Part shown: in pieces, positions 25,301 through 39,570 of the stretch
Layout of the letters: each line of letters begins with the position of its first letter
How positions within the stretch are numbered: position 1 is the first letter of the stretch
Source: Malacoraja senta
Lineage: Eukaryota
NCBI GenBank assembly: GCA_038087875.1
Contig: CM075988.1
Coordinates: 23,004,001 to 23,068,000, forward strand
Length of the DNA stretch: 64,000 bases
Direction of reading: 5' to 3'
Notes under the pieces: generated by a model
Databases searched by the model: none
Seen by the model: only the letters and a program-made list of their open reading frames with translations
What the model was told of the DNA's origin: nothing
Made by a program: the position numbers and the translations under genes

Positions 25301-28300
25301 GAGTCACTGTGGTGGATGTTTATGTTAAAATGTGTTTTGTGTGTTCTGTTGCTTTTTATTGGTATGACTCTATGGCAATTGATATTCACGTATGTTGCAA
25401 AACATACTTGGCTAAAAAAGTATGATTATGATTATGATATTAACAATCCCTGCCCATGCAAAATACAACTGCCCTTGGCCGCTTCTGCTGTATCCCACGC
25501 ATTCAATACTACGAGGGCAGCTCTGTTCCTCCGTTTAGTTTATTGTTACGTGTACCGAGGTACAGTGAAAAGCTTTAGTTGCGTGCTACCCAGTCAGCAG
25601 AATGACAATACATGATTACAATCGATCCATTTACAGTGTATAGATACATGATAAGGGAATAATATTTAGTGCAAGGTAAAGCCAGCAAAGTCCGATCAAG
25701 GATAGTCATCAAAGAGGCAGATAGTAGTTCAGCACAGCTCTCTGGTTGTGGTAGGATCATTCGCTTGCCAGCTTGTTTAAGTTGAGGGCGTCTCCGAAAT
25801 ACATGCTACTAAATGCATTTAAGTTATTTGGATTGATTGCAGAAGTCAATTTGAGAGCCAGAACCTTGTCCCAACTGGAACTGTTATCCCAAAGCATACT
25901 TTCTGGCAAGCATAGGGTCATAGAATCCTACAATGTGGAAACAGGCCCTTGGGCACAACTTGCCCACACCGACCAACATGTCCCATCAACTCTAGTCCCA
26001 CCTATCTGTGTTTGGCCCATATCCCTCTAAACCTATCATGTCAAATGTACCTGTCTAAATGTTGCTTAAATGTTGCGATAGTACCTCCTCCAGCAGCTGG
26101 TTCCATACACCCATCTCCCTTTGTGTAAAAACGTTGTCCCTCAGGTTCCTGTTAAAACTTTCCCCACTCACCTTAAACCTATGTCCTCCACTTCTTGATT
26201 CCCTACTCTGGGCAAAAGACTCTGTGCATTTGCTGTATACTTGTTGCAACATACTTGTTACAACATACTTGTTACAACTTACTTGTTGCTTGTTTGATAC
26301 TTTATTGAAACAAGCTATAAAGTGAAGTCAATACATTTTAGTGGGAGGTAAGCATGCTTTCCTGTGCATACCAAATGTGATGCTAGTGCGGGTGTGCGGC
26401 CGGTCAGAAATACTTTTGGAATTTAGAGGTATTTGTCCTTTTCATATTTTAATTCAAATTTGTTGCTTCGGCAGCAAAAACAGCAGAGTTGATCGATCAG
26501 GCAGAATCCATTGCCTAAGAGCACATGTCAAGTCCTAAGGGTTGAATGCAATCTGATTATAGATAGACGTGGTGTTTTGATACTGTCAAATAGGTTAATT
26601 TCAACAAGTTCAAATCTGTAGATATTGTTATTATCCCTGCACCCACTTTTTTATTTGATGGTTCTCCTTGATTCCAAGCCAAGTCAGTAGGATCCAATTC
26701 TAGACCGCTTCCAAAAGCAAGCATATGTGAAAGATTTGCCAAATCTGACTCACGCAGGAGTTGAGAAATTCATGAGAGAGGGCACTGCAGAGGTTAGTCT
26801 TGAGCGTAGGCTATTTCTTTTAAAGTCACCACTTTCAAAATGATTCCGATCTTATCACTGCAACATTGACCTGTGGCAGGGGACATTAGTTAACATGGCA
26901 TCGTGGATTGAGGGTCGAACGGCCTGCACTGTTCTGTGTTCTGTTCTATGGATTGGAAAGATTTCGAGAGATATGGGCCAAATGGTAGCATAGATGGGGC
27001 ATCTTGGGCGGCAGGAATGATTGAGCCAAAACTCCGAAGACGTACAGGTTTGTAGGTTAATTGGCTTGGTGTGTGTAAATTGTCCCTAGTGTGTGTAGGA
27101 TAGTGTCAACGTGCGGAGATCACTGGTCGGTGCGGACTCGGTGGGCCGAAAGGCCTGCTTCTATTCTGTATCTCTAAACTAAACTAAATCAAAGGTCGGT
27201 AGTACCTCACAGACTGTACCTCAGTCTTTTGAGGTTCTGACCTTATTGCCTCATGCCAAGGGCAATGTCAGAAAACCAACACAATAATGACACTAAATAT
27301 ACTTTGCTTATCAGTTCAAACAACACAAACTTATTCTAAATGTTGAATATAACAAAAAACTGTTATATCTTTCAAAACCTTGTTTGATTTACAACTCTTC
27401 TTAGATCAATACATTATTGACCTGATGTATTAAGTTTGTTTCTTTCTCCATTGATGCTGCCTGGCCTGCTGAGTATTTCCAGCATCCTCTGTGTTAATTA
27501 CTTAATAATATGTAGCGTACATATAATCTAGATTTATGACCCAGCCATGATTGAATGGCGGAGAAGACGATGGGCCGAATGGCCTAAATCTGCTCCTATA
27601 ACTTATGAACTTAGACTCTACTCACCTTTGCGACTGGCCTTCCATATGTACAGGAGACAACCCCTCTCTTTGATTCTTGATCTGCACTCCAAACAAAAGT
27701 TGTTCCTTTTACAATATCATTAATGCAAAATGCTTTTACAAAACTATTCTCTGAAAGCTTTTTCCATGTGATGATATTATGATTTATCTAATGTTGTGTT
27801 CGATAAATCACCAGACTCAGACAACAGTTAGATTCACTAAGTAATTTATTACACTACTGAATAAGGCACATACACTCACGTATCCCCGAACGCACTCGCA
27901 AACCCCGAGTACACAGCAGAGTGCGCCGCAGGATGCTTATGTTCTCCATCACATGGCGCCGTTCATGACACCATCCAAGGCCGGGATTCTCTCTCCTCGT
28001 AAGGGCGGCCAACACCATCCTTTCTGGCATTTCGCATCCGAGCAGACCGTGCCACTGCCCCCTCCCCGAGCCAATTATAACCCCCCCTTGTCTGCAATGT
28101 TTCCGCGCTACTAGCGGCAGAGGCCGCGGGTGGTCGACCCAACTATTGCTGTTGTGTTTTGTTCACCAATGCTACGGTTTCCCATGGAATGGCCTGAGAA
28201 AGGCTACGCGCCCAGACAATGTGCACAGCTGCAAGGTCAATTCTAGGAGACAGTGCGTTTGAATCTTGTTTTCCAGCGGCTATGGAATGCAGTTTTGCTA

Positions 28301-28824
28301 ATATAGCTGATAACTCCATTTCACATTTAGGCTGTTTAATCCTTACACTACATCTAATTGCTCCATTTATCCTTCGGACTTGGCTTATTTGGTTGTCCAT
28401 TTCCAAGAACAACCAATTAGTTTCTTCGCGTTACCTCCAAGACCATTGTTTTCCCCAAACCATCCAATTGTTCACCAAAACCCCAAACCCAAAGTCTGTA
28501 TATTTCGGTGAGAACAACATAGTCAGTGAGTCTGAAAAGGTTTTCCGACCCAAAATGCCACCCATCCTTTTTCTCCAGAGATGCTGCCTGATCCGCTGAG
28601 TTACTCCAGCACTTTATGTCTACCTTTGGTATATACGAGCATCTGCAGTTCCATTCTACACAGTAAGTAAATGTTCATTTTAAAAATATCTTTTAACCAT
28701 CTATCTTTAGGGGGCAAAGGCAGGAGAATGGGGTTGAGAGGGAAAGATAGTTCAGCCATGATTGAATGGTGGAGTAGACTTGATGGGCCGAATGGCCTAA
28801 TTCTGCTCCTAGAACTTATGAATT

Positions 28825-29278
28825 ATTTTTTTTATTTTTTTATTATTTTTATTAGAAGCAATTGCACAAGAATAAAACATTTGGCATGTAAAATTATACA
28901 ATTATTGTACAGTTTCAATTTTGACCTTTTAACCTGAAAATGAGGGAAAAGAAGAGAGAAAGAACAAGAGAAGGAAGAAGTGAAAAGTGAAGAGATAGGA
29001 CCTCTAGACTCCCAAAGTAGTCTGGCCAAAGAATGAATAAAGATAGAAGAGAGGAAAAGGAAAAAAAGGAAAAAAGAAAAAAGTGGAGATATACCTGCCC
29101 CTCGTCCCCCCCCCCACCCCCCCCCCACCCCCCCCCACCCCACCCATCTCACCCAACCCATAGTTGGATTTAAATCCAAATTTATGTTGTGCCAAACTAT
29201 CTATGTAAGAATTCGCTAAAGGGTGTCCATGTCTTGAAAAATTGATCTGTTTTTTCTGCCAAGACAAGTCTAATATTT
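28825..29278 (-). mobile_element. L1/Tx1-type LINE 3' fragment, same family as 3942-4336
   Basis: Shares GGAGATATACC-poly(C)-...GGGTGTCCATGTCTT...GCCAAGACAAG with 4130-4295 and has an A-rich tail. Confidence 0.65.
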
Positions 29279-32200
29279 TTTATGAATTTATGAACCATGG
29301 AAGTTCTCTAATATTGACCAATACAGAGAAAACTGGTTTCATAATCCTTATATTCCAATAGTTTTTAGTGTCAGACATGTGGGCAATTCAACAACAAACT
29401 AACTGCATGGTTATAAATCACAAAACGTTAGCAGGCAGGTTCTACAAAAGATTAGTTAGGCAAATGGCATTGGAAGAAGTTGATGTTTAGATAGAGGAAG
29501 TCTAGTTACAATTGCAGGTACAATTGCAGTTACCGGTGAGGCTACACATGATGAACTGTATACGATTTGCATCTATTAATTTGAGAAAAGACACACTGGC
29601 ATTGGGAGCAGTCCAAAAGAGACTGATAATGCTGCTTCCAGACTAGCCCAGTTCCTGAAGGATGATGACTTAGCATATGCCTGGATGAAAAAGTTCTATT
29701 ATAAGCAGCTCAAATCAGGACGTCATGATGCAGCTTTATAGGACTTTGGTTAGGCCGCATTTGGAGTATTCCACGCAGTTCCAGTCGCCCATTGCAGGGT
29801 GGATGTGGAGGCTTTGGAAAGAATGCAGAGGAGGTTTACCAGAAGCATGCCTGGATTGGCGTGTATTAGCTACAGAGAGAGAGATCGGGTAGACTGTTTT
29901 ATGTTCTATCTTCTACGTGCTATTAGAATGTCAGAGAGATTCAAGACTCTAGGAATAACAGGCAGTTTCTCATGGGTATGGTCTCAGCCCCCTGTAATGC
30001 TGAAGGAGCCGGTTGAATGATGGGTAGTGCAGCAGGTAGTGCTGCTGCCTTACAGTCCCAGGTAGCTGCGTTCATTTCTGGTCTCGGGTGTAGTCTGTGC
30101 GGAGTTGTACATTCTCCGACAGGGAACACCATATTAGGCTTACTCAGGCATGCTTCTTGTGTCATTTCTTCATTAACTCTTGGCAGACACAACGCGTTTA
30201 ACACCTTTGCTACATTTCAGACCCACTACTGCATGTACAAACGCGGGTCACACAGAAACAATGTCAGTGAAAGGAGGCAAAATGAGTAGGAAACCACAGA
30301 ACGGCTTAAAACACATTGAAACATATAAGATTGTTAAGGGTTTGGACACGCTAGAGGCAGGATACATGTTCCTGATGTTGAGGTAGTCCAGAACCAGGGG
30401 CCACAGTTTAAGAATAAGGGGTAAGCCATTTACAACAGAGACGAGAAAACACTTTTTCTCACAGAGAGTGGTGAGTCTGTGGAATTCTCTGCCTCAGAGG
30501 GCGGTGGAGGCTTGTTCTCTGGATGCTTTCAAGAGAGAGCTAGATAGGCCTCTTAAAGATAGCGGAGTCAGGAGATATGGGGAGAAGGCAGGAACGGGGT
30601 ACTGATTGGGGATGATCAGTCATGATCACAATGAATGGCGGTGCTGGCTCGAAGGGCCGAATGACCTACTCCTGCACCTATTGTCTATCGTCTATTGTCT
30701 AATACCAATGTCCACTGATATTTACAAACACGCAAAAAATATTAAGAATCAATTCAACATTCCTAGTGTCAAAAACCTGAAAACCTTTTAATACAGTTAC
30801 AAATATTAAAGCAACTCAATTTTTTTTTTTTTAATGCAAATTATTTTATACTCCCTCTCCATTCAAATGAAGGGACTCACATCTAGTCCCTCACCATCAA
30901 ATGTCCTGGGCCCAGCACACCAATGCAATTGCAAAGAATTGATTGCAACTAACACTGACATGATCACGCATTGTCCACAAAACAAGATGGAGCACTGTCA
31001 TTACACCCTGTTGCCAATAGAGGATGCCAAACAGCTTCAGTTTAGCACATCTTCCCCAGTCTGAAGAAGGGTTTCGGCCCGAAACGTTGCCTATTTCCTT
31101 CGCTCCATAGATGCTGCTGCACCCGCTGAGTTTCTCCAGCATTTTTGTGTACCTTCCCCAGCTAATAATGGGCCATTATGGACTCCACACTTCCGGAGGT
31201 CATCCGTTTCCAGCCCTGACTTGTTCTAGCCCTCTCCATCTTTCAGTCTGAAGAAGGGTTCCGACCCGAAAAGTCACCTATTCCTTTTCTCCAGAGATGC
31301 TGCCTGTCCCGCTGAGTTACTCCAGCATTTTTGTGCCTATCTTCAGTATAGGTTTAGTTTTGGTCAGAGATACAGCGTGGAATCATGCCCTTTGGCCCAC
31401 CCAGTCCGCATCTACAGCACTATCTTACACACTAGGAATGATTTATATAAGTCAATTATCCGACAAACCTGCACATTTTTGGATTGTGGGAGGGAACCGG
31501 AGTGCCCGGTGAAAACCCACTTGGTCACAGGGAGAAGGTACGAACTGGTCTCGGTGGGCCGAAGGGCCTGTTTCCGCGCTGTGTCTCTACACTAAACTAG
31601 ACTAGCTCCAGTCTTCAGACTCAACAGCAACTGGATAGCCTGGCCGTGGACAACACTTCTGCCGCAGAATATCTTTGTTGCACCCAACTCCAGCGGTTGT
31701 GGGTGCGGGCAGCGACACACTGAATGCCCCGTGTAACCTAGTCTCAGCTCACAACATACAGAAATCCAATCTTAGTTTGTTCAGGCAGAAGCTGACAAAA
31801 TGTACTTTCCCCTCCACAGAAATGGTCTCAAGGTACGAACAGAATCATATTAGCATTAGCAGGAGTTACAGCGGATGAGAATAAATTAGAATAAGTTTTT
31901 GCTAAACCACTATATAACTTCTTTAGCTGCAACTTTGGTTACCAAAAAAAAGCCCGACTCAAGGCACAACTCCGAGCAACTTGACACAAAATGCTTCCGA
32001 AGAAGGGTCTCGACCCGAAATGTTACCCATTCCTTCTCCCCAGAGATGCTGTCTGTCCCGCTGAGTTACACCAGCATTTTGTGCCTATCTTCGGTTTAAA
32101 CCAGCATCTGCAGTTCCTTCCTATACAACTCCGAGAAGGGTTTAATGTCGTTTCATCCGATTATTAGATTAATTTCATAATTTATTAGATTATTCCTGTC

Positions 32201-32892
32201 ATATTGTGCCATAAATTTTACCATTTAATGCCAAGCGCCACCACTGTGTGATAATCAAGGTTCAGCTTTACGTATCCATATAAGGAAAAAACTTTCACTT
32301 TCACTCACTGTGTTTCTCAATGGTAGAGGGAGTGCGGGCACCTCACGCGAATATAAGGTGCCCTCGGGTACACTCCACCAACGTAAACTGCCTCCGAGAA
32401 TGTGGCAAACTGCTAAAGACTATATAATGCAGTACACGTGGGATGTATGTTGGTCCCGATATGTTGTCCGCCGCTGTCCAATGACTAGGAACACCGCCAA
32501 GATTTAAGTCCTCGGGTGCTGTCTGTGTGGAGTTTGCAAGTTCTCCCTGTGACCGTGTGGGTTTCCTCAGAGTGCTCCCGTTTCCTCCCACATTCTCACA
32601 AGACGTGCAGGTTTGTAGGTTAATTGGTTATGCCAAAAATGCCCCGAATTTGTAGGGAGTGGGTGCGCAAATGGGATGACATAGAACTAGTGTGAACGGT
32701 GTTGTAATGTCGTGGACTCGGTGGGCCGAAGGGCCAGCTTCCATGCTGTATCCATCCATCCATCCACTCACCCCACCCGTCAGCTACCAACCCTACTCCA
32801 CCTAATCCACCCGCCAACCCCACCCCACCCATTCACCCAAGTCACCCACCAATCCCACCCCACCCCACGCACCCACCTAAGCCACCCACCTA

Positions 32893-33018
<126 letters not shown>

Positions 33019-33034
33019 CCACAAGGAAAGAATG

Positions 33035-33497
33035 AGCAAATGAGGAAAGATTGAAAAGAGTGGGCTTGTATTCACTGGAGTTTAGAAGGATGAGGGAGGA
33101 TCTTATAGAAACATATAAAATTATAAAAGGACTGGACAAACTAGATGCAGGAAATGTTTCCCCAATGTTGGGCGTGTCCAGAACCAGGGGCCACAGTCTT
33201 AGAATAAAGGGGAGGCCATTTAAGACTGAGGTGAGAAAAAACCATTTCACCCAGAGAGTTGTGAATTTGTGGAATTCCCTGCCACAGAGGGCAGTGGAGG
33301 CCAAATCACTGGATGGATTCAAGAGAGAGTTAGATAGAGCTCTAGGGGCTAGTGGAATCAAGGGATATGGGGAGAAGGCAGGCACGGGTTATTGATTGGG
33401 GATGATCAGCCATGATCACAATGAATGGCGGTGCTGGCTCGAAGGGCCGAATGGCCTCCTCCTGCACCTATTTTCTGTTTCTATGTTTCTATGTTTC
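33035..33497 (+). mobile_element. CR1-type LINE 3' fragment
   Basis: ORF 33051-33395 has CR1 C-terminal motifs and a TTCTATGT tail. Similar fragments lie near 0.1-0.8, 5.9-6.3, 9.0-9.9, 10.9-11.25, 18.7-19.5, 25.9-26.2, 30.3-30.7, 40.8-41.2, 42.7-42.9, 45.8-46.7 and 58.0-58.4 kb. Confidence 0.9.
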
Positions 33498-33653
33498 AAA
33501 CATACATACTCGACACGATGCATACACACATACACACATACATACACACATAACCTTCTCTCCAGAGATAGACAAAAATGCTGGAGAAACTCAGCGGGTG
33601 AGGCAGCATCTATGGAGACAAGGAATAGGCGACGTTTCGGGTCGAGACGTTTC

Positions 33654-33689
33654 GGGTCTGAAGAAGGGTCTCGACCCGAAACGTCGCCT
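33654..33689 (+). ncRNA. Minimal type I hammerhead ribozyme motif (Penelope-associated), representative copy
   Basis: gggt-CTGAAGA-a-gggt(ctcg)accc-GAAA-CGTC-gcct contains the CUGANGA and GAAA boxes, a stem II hairpin, palindromic ACGU stem III, a GUC cleavage triplet and a 4-bp stem I with wobble pairs. Confidence 0.6.
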
Positions 33690-35183
33690 ATTCCTTCTCT
33701 CCATAGATGTTGCTTCACCCGCTGAGTTACCCCAGCATTTTTGTGTCTATACGCGAGTATATGTCGAGTCTATGTCGAGTATATGTTGATGTCTATAGCG
33801 GGGTCAGGGGATACGGGGAGAAGGCAGGAACGTGGTACTGATTGGGGATGATCAGCCATGTTCACATTGAATGGCGGTGCTGGCTCGAAGGGCCGAATGG
33901 CCTACTCCTGCACCTATTGTCTATTGTTTATTGTCTATTGTCTGTACTCGAGTATATTTTGGTGGTACAAGGTGTTGCAATATATGCCGTTAGAAGGTGT
34001 TACAATAGGTGTGAACACCGAGAGCGAGATCATTACACTGTCCACCACCACCCAGCCAATTACACTAATTCTATCTTTATCCCATTATAATTCTCCCTGG
34101 TTCTTCCCGACTCTGCACATTCCACGCATTGCCTACACTCTGGGCGCGATTCCCAGCAAAGATCCTCTAGCGGCTATAGGATCTTTGATTCACGGCGGGT
34201 CATTCACCTACCACCCAGGCGTGCTTGGGAGATCAAGTGACCGCAGATGCAAATGGAAATGGGCAGACGACGTTTCGGGTCGACAACCCTTTAGTCTTTC
34301 ATTTTTAGTTCAGAGATGCAGCGCGGAAACAGGCCCTTCGGCCCACCGAGTCCGCGCCGACCAGCGATCCCCGTCACACTTAGCACACACTACTGCACCA
34401 GGGACAATTTACAATATTTACAGAAGCCAATTAATCTACAAACCTGTTTAAGAAGGAACTGCAGATGCTGGAAAATCGAAGATAGACACAAAGTGCTGGA
34501 GAAACTCAGCGGGGTGCAGCAGCATCTATGGAGCGAAGGAAATAGGCGTTGCCTATTTCCTTCGCTCCATAGATGCTGCTGCACCCCGCTGAGTTTCCTT
34601 CGCTCCATAGATGCTGCTGCACCCGCTGAGTTTCTCCAGCACTTTTGTCTACCTTTAACTTACAAACCTGTTCGTCTTTGGAGTGTGGGAGAAAACCGGA
34701 GCGCCCGGTGAAAACCCACGCGGTCACGGGAAGAACATGCAAACTCCACACACAAACAGACAACGCCCGAGATCAGGATTGAACACTGGTCTCTGGTGCT
34801 GTGAGGCAGCGGCCACTGACAGGACCTCTCCTCTTTGTGTTCGCAGTTTTAAAACAAAATCTTCATCGCATGTAGTGCGATTATTTATAACTACTGTGGG
34901 CAGATGTAAAAGTAAGAATTCGCGCTCGAATATGTTGGAAAAATACAAATAATAAGTGTGTATCTAGATGGGAACGTTTTAATTACACAGGCAAGTGGGG
35001 GCATTAAAAGTTCCCGTAGATTTGGGATAATTTATATTAGAATTCGCGAGGGTCCCAGACGCATAGAAAGTAAAGATATTGCACACAATGTTGGATTTGT
35101 TATAATGCGTCCGTTCGTTTGTGATTCGGATTCACGCTCTCGGGCTCAGAATAAAGCGCCGCTTTCGCTTCTTACACGATTTT

Positions 35184-35215
<32 letters not shown>

Positions 35216-35230
35216 ACGCACACGCACACG

Positions 35231-35260
<30 letters not shown>
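35184..35260. repeat. (CA)n/(CACACG)n microsatellite
   Basis: Seen directly in the sequence. Confidence 0.95.
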
Positions 35261-35262
<2 letters not shown>

Positions 35263-36053
35263 GATACCTGCAGGACCAGCGCTGCGCTAAAATAAAATTT
35301 AAGTATAATTGTCCTGGAATTATAGCAAGCAAACGCGATCGGATTACATACAAGTGGTTCCTTGCTTTTTTCTTTAAAAAAAAGAAAAGACATTAACTAT
35401 TCCTGACAGTTCGACAGGATAGAGTCCAGGAAGGAGGGGGGATAAGCCAGGCCCCTCCCTCCCTGGTTTACTTTCGGTAACGCGAACACTGCCTTTAAAA
35501 ACGGCTGCAATAGCCGTGGCCCGCGCTTCTCCCAATGCCCTTTTCCGAAGCTCCCTGGTCGAGATTCACTCCGAATTATTTTTTTTAAACGTGCCTACAC
35601 GTCTAAAGATCAATTCGTTCCAGTAACATGCAATGAATTAGAAAAGCGCCACTGGAATTTTAAACAAGCGGGTCTCATTTATTTTAAGGCATTTGGTTCT
35701 TCCACGCCAAAATGTAACATTACAAGAAGAAATACGAAAGAAGATGAATAATCTGAACTCCCTATATCGTGGAGAACCACCTGAGCAGTGTGTTGAATTT
35801 TACAGCTAGCTCCAACATATTCAGTTAGGACGTGATACAAAAAAAAAATGTCTGAGCATTACATCTATTGTTTGATTTTCTTGTATCACACTCAGAATAA
35901 CCCGCCCACAGTTCCATTAATGAATCAGTCGTGAAATGAACGAGCAACACCTTGAAGTAGCGCATCGTTAGACACTCGGATCATTGTTTGGAAAGGGAAC
36001 TATCAACCAGAAATTAGTGGTCGATTTAACAATAGATTTTCTATGCAATACTT

Positions 36054-36565
<512 letters not shown>

Positions 36566-39370
36566 TAGCATTTTTCGGTTGAACAGTCGGATATGAACGT
36601 GGGACTGCGTGGTTTTATCAAAAATGTCGATCATCGTCAGAATATGTTTATTAGTTATGTACCATAATTAAATTAAAATCCGGTGAACATTGACACAATG
36701 CGTTTAAAACACAGCATCTGTGAGCTGGAATATTGTCCAAAGTCTCTCCCTTGCCCCAATGGGCCCATGTCAACTTTGTCAAGCAATAAATCTGCGTCAG
36801 AATGAGAAAGGGGACGCTAGGCGTTGCAGGTACAGCGTTAGACGGCTGCGCTGCGGTCCTGGGCCCTGCACTCACACCCCGGCCTGAAATTAGCGATTTT
36901 AAGGAGAAACGTGCTTATTAATAGGCATTGGGCGCAGAGGAAGCTGATGCGAGACCACGTGTGGGTCAGCACTCGCTCTTTCATTTCCAACAGTGTGATG
37001 GAATGAAGTCCGGAGTAGGCCACGCCCACAATCTGCCATGTTAGGCACCAAAATGTGAATGAATAGTACATTTCATAGTAAATCGACAATGTAAAGTATG
37101 TCCAAAGATTCAGGACATCCCTTGCAATCATGTTGGTGATGTTGGTGGTGGTTTGAGATTGAAAAGGCCTCGCAGATGAAAAATTATGGACATGTCTGGT
37201 ACTCTCAAAGCTTCCTGAGCAAAGATTGCTAAAATGATCAAAATGTACCAAATTCTGCTTAAAGTTCCACACTTTTACATTGTATTTTATTCCATTGAAG
37301 GCTTTAGTACATGGAAATGCACAGTGTTTTAGAAAGAGAGCAGTCTTTTTGTCTAGGCTTTGAATATTCAAATTGAAAGTATCGCGCAATCATTCGTTGT
37401 CAAATCATTGGATTGTAGGGGTTTTAAAAAGGTCGGCAAGTGTGCTCCAAAACTCTAAGTTATATTCTAAGCTATAGTGCAATAATTTTGTTTGTGACTA
37501 ATCCAAAGTTCGGCACTGCAGGGGAGAAATTGGCTTAATTTTAAAAATATTGCACTCTTGTGAACAAATCTGAAGACTAAGATTCACATCTTGGGGCCGA
37601 GTAAGCATCTATCCTGTAGTTAACAACAGCAAAATAATCTTATAATGTCTGGTAAGAATTTTTTTTTTCTCTTGTGGATTTTTTTTGCACTTGTTTTTCT
37701 TGTCTTGTCTCGCTTTGTATTCAGCTGTAAGAAAAGAAAGAGAGAAATCAAGCACAGCCTGGGTTATCACATAATGCTGAAATCCGTTATGTTCCTTTAT
37801 AACACCAGCTCAAGACCCACAGGGTTAAATATCGCAATTGTCACCTCAAAATTATGGGCGCACTTAATCCCTGGTGATTTTAAGTAATCATTAATGTTTT
37901 CGACGAGTTCTTTTTTTCTTTTGTACCCTTTTCTTTAAAAAAAAAAACCGTGCTGTTTTGGCAAAGTCAGGAACTAAATATTTGCGAGGAAGAATTTCTC
38001 CGTGTGCCTGTGCTCTGCTGGGCTTTTTAAAAACATCACCCGTTCACCCGTTCACTTGTTTTCTGAGCAATTATGGACTTTAAAAAATAAAATACCCCTA
38101 GTTTCGCCTACGATCCCTCAATTGATTTTTTTTTTTAAACGGGGCACGTGCTTCCACAAAGTAGAGAGTTGAGGAAAGATATGGGGGTATTTTTTTAGGG
38201 AGGGGCTGGGGTCCGCTGTAATTGTACGTTAATCTGGACGATGGAACTAACCGGGTCACTTTCTGGGCACAAATAATGAAACGCTAATGATCGGTGGCTT
38301 ATTTTTTAAAGTAATTACTTTTTAAGCGGCCAGCCACAAGGTGGAAAGGACCCAGATCCTTTGTTCGTTTAAATTAAAAAAAAAAAATCATTTTGCTTTT
38401 GCATTTGCATTTTGCATTTAATTTCAACATTTTGAAGTTGTGGGATTTGTCAGACACGGTTCTGGGGTCTTTTCGTGCGCGCAACAGCCACGGTTTCAAA
38501 CACGAAGAAAGGCGCAAAAGGAGTTTGTGTTTTTCGAGTCGGTGCGTTTGCAGGTTTGGACCAGAGGGTGGCACGTCTCGACAGGTGGAAGTCGAGTCAA
38601 CTAGCCACATCTGTCCGGAGGAATGAGACATCTTGGGAGCAACACTCCTTGCTCTTGGTTTCTGCAGGATAGCAGGGAAGAGGGGAGGGAGGGGAGAGGG
38701 GGGCGGAGATGAATTACCCTCAGAATTGTGACTCTATTCGCGGCGGTAAAAGACGGAATTGGAAAACCACTGAGACCGAATCGCTGCCACTGAAATTCGC
38801 TTTCTTTAAGGGGAGGGGAGACCCCCCCCCCCCATTTATCGGCTAAATTAAAGTTTTACATAGTTGAAGACATTGTCCTACTTATCCCCCCCCCCCCAAA
38901 CTCTTCACCATCGTTTGTATCCTGTGAACATACACAACATTGAGGCGTTTCCGTAAACTGATACCAAACAAAGGGTCCATCGCCTCCTCTCTCTAAGTTT
39001 TTTTTTAATGAAGCCTCAGCGACTGTAACTGGTACAAGAGTTGTCCTGAATGCCCGGTCAATGCCTCTTCACCAAGAGCAGTTTCACAGAAGGGTCCCGG
39101 CCCGAAACGTCACCCATTCCTTCTCTCCGGAGATGCTGCCTGTCCCGCTGAGTTACTCCAGCTTTTTTGTGTAGAGCTATATTCACAGTCTCGCCGACCG
39201 GTTTCGCCCAAATTAGCAAAGAAACAACCTTCCCCTATCACTGACCTGGCGCTCGGCGACCTCCGCGCCTCACCCGCTCGCCCGCCGGTTACTTTCAGCG
39301 CTTTGAGACAGATTGGGGTCGGGAACTCGGGAACTTTGTTCCCTTCCAAACGCGGGAGATGTCTTTGCCA

Positions 39371-39570
39371 NNNNNNNNNNNNNNNNNNNNNNNNNNNNNN
39401 NNNNNNNNNNNNNNNNNNNNNNNNNNNNNNNNNNNNNNNNNNNNNNNNNNNNNNNNNNNNNNNNNNNNNNNNNNNNNNNNNNNNNNNNNNNNNNNNNNNN
39501 NNNNNNNNNNNNNNNNNNNNNNNNNNNNNNNNNNNNNNNNNNNNNNNNNNNNNNNNNNNNNNNNNNNNNN
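39371..39570. other. Assembly gap (200 N)
   Basis: Run of exactly 200 N, a fixed-size scaffolding gap. Confidence 0.99.

Noticed and set aside
24599..25440. GC-rich overlapping ORFs with poly-E/L/S tracts
   Set aside because: They derive from a (CTT)n tract and retroelement UTR-like repeat sequence ending in an (ATTATG)n tail. A related sequence lies at about 20090-20590 on -.
36838..37389. 183-aa ORF on the minus strand
   Set aside because: No recognisable homology, non-ATG start and noncoding-like composition.
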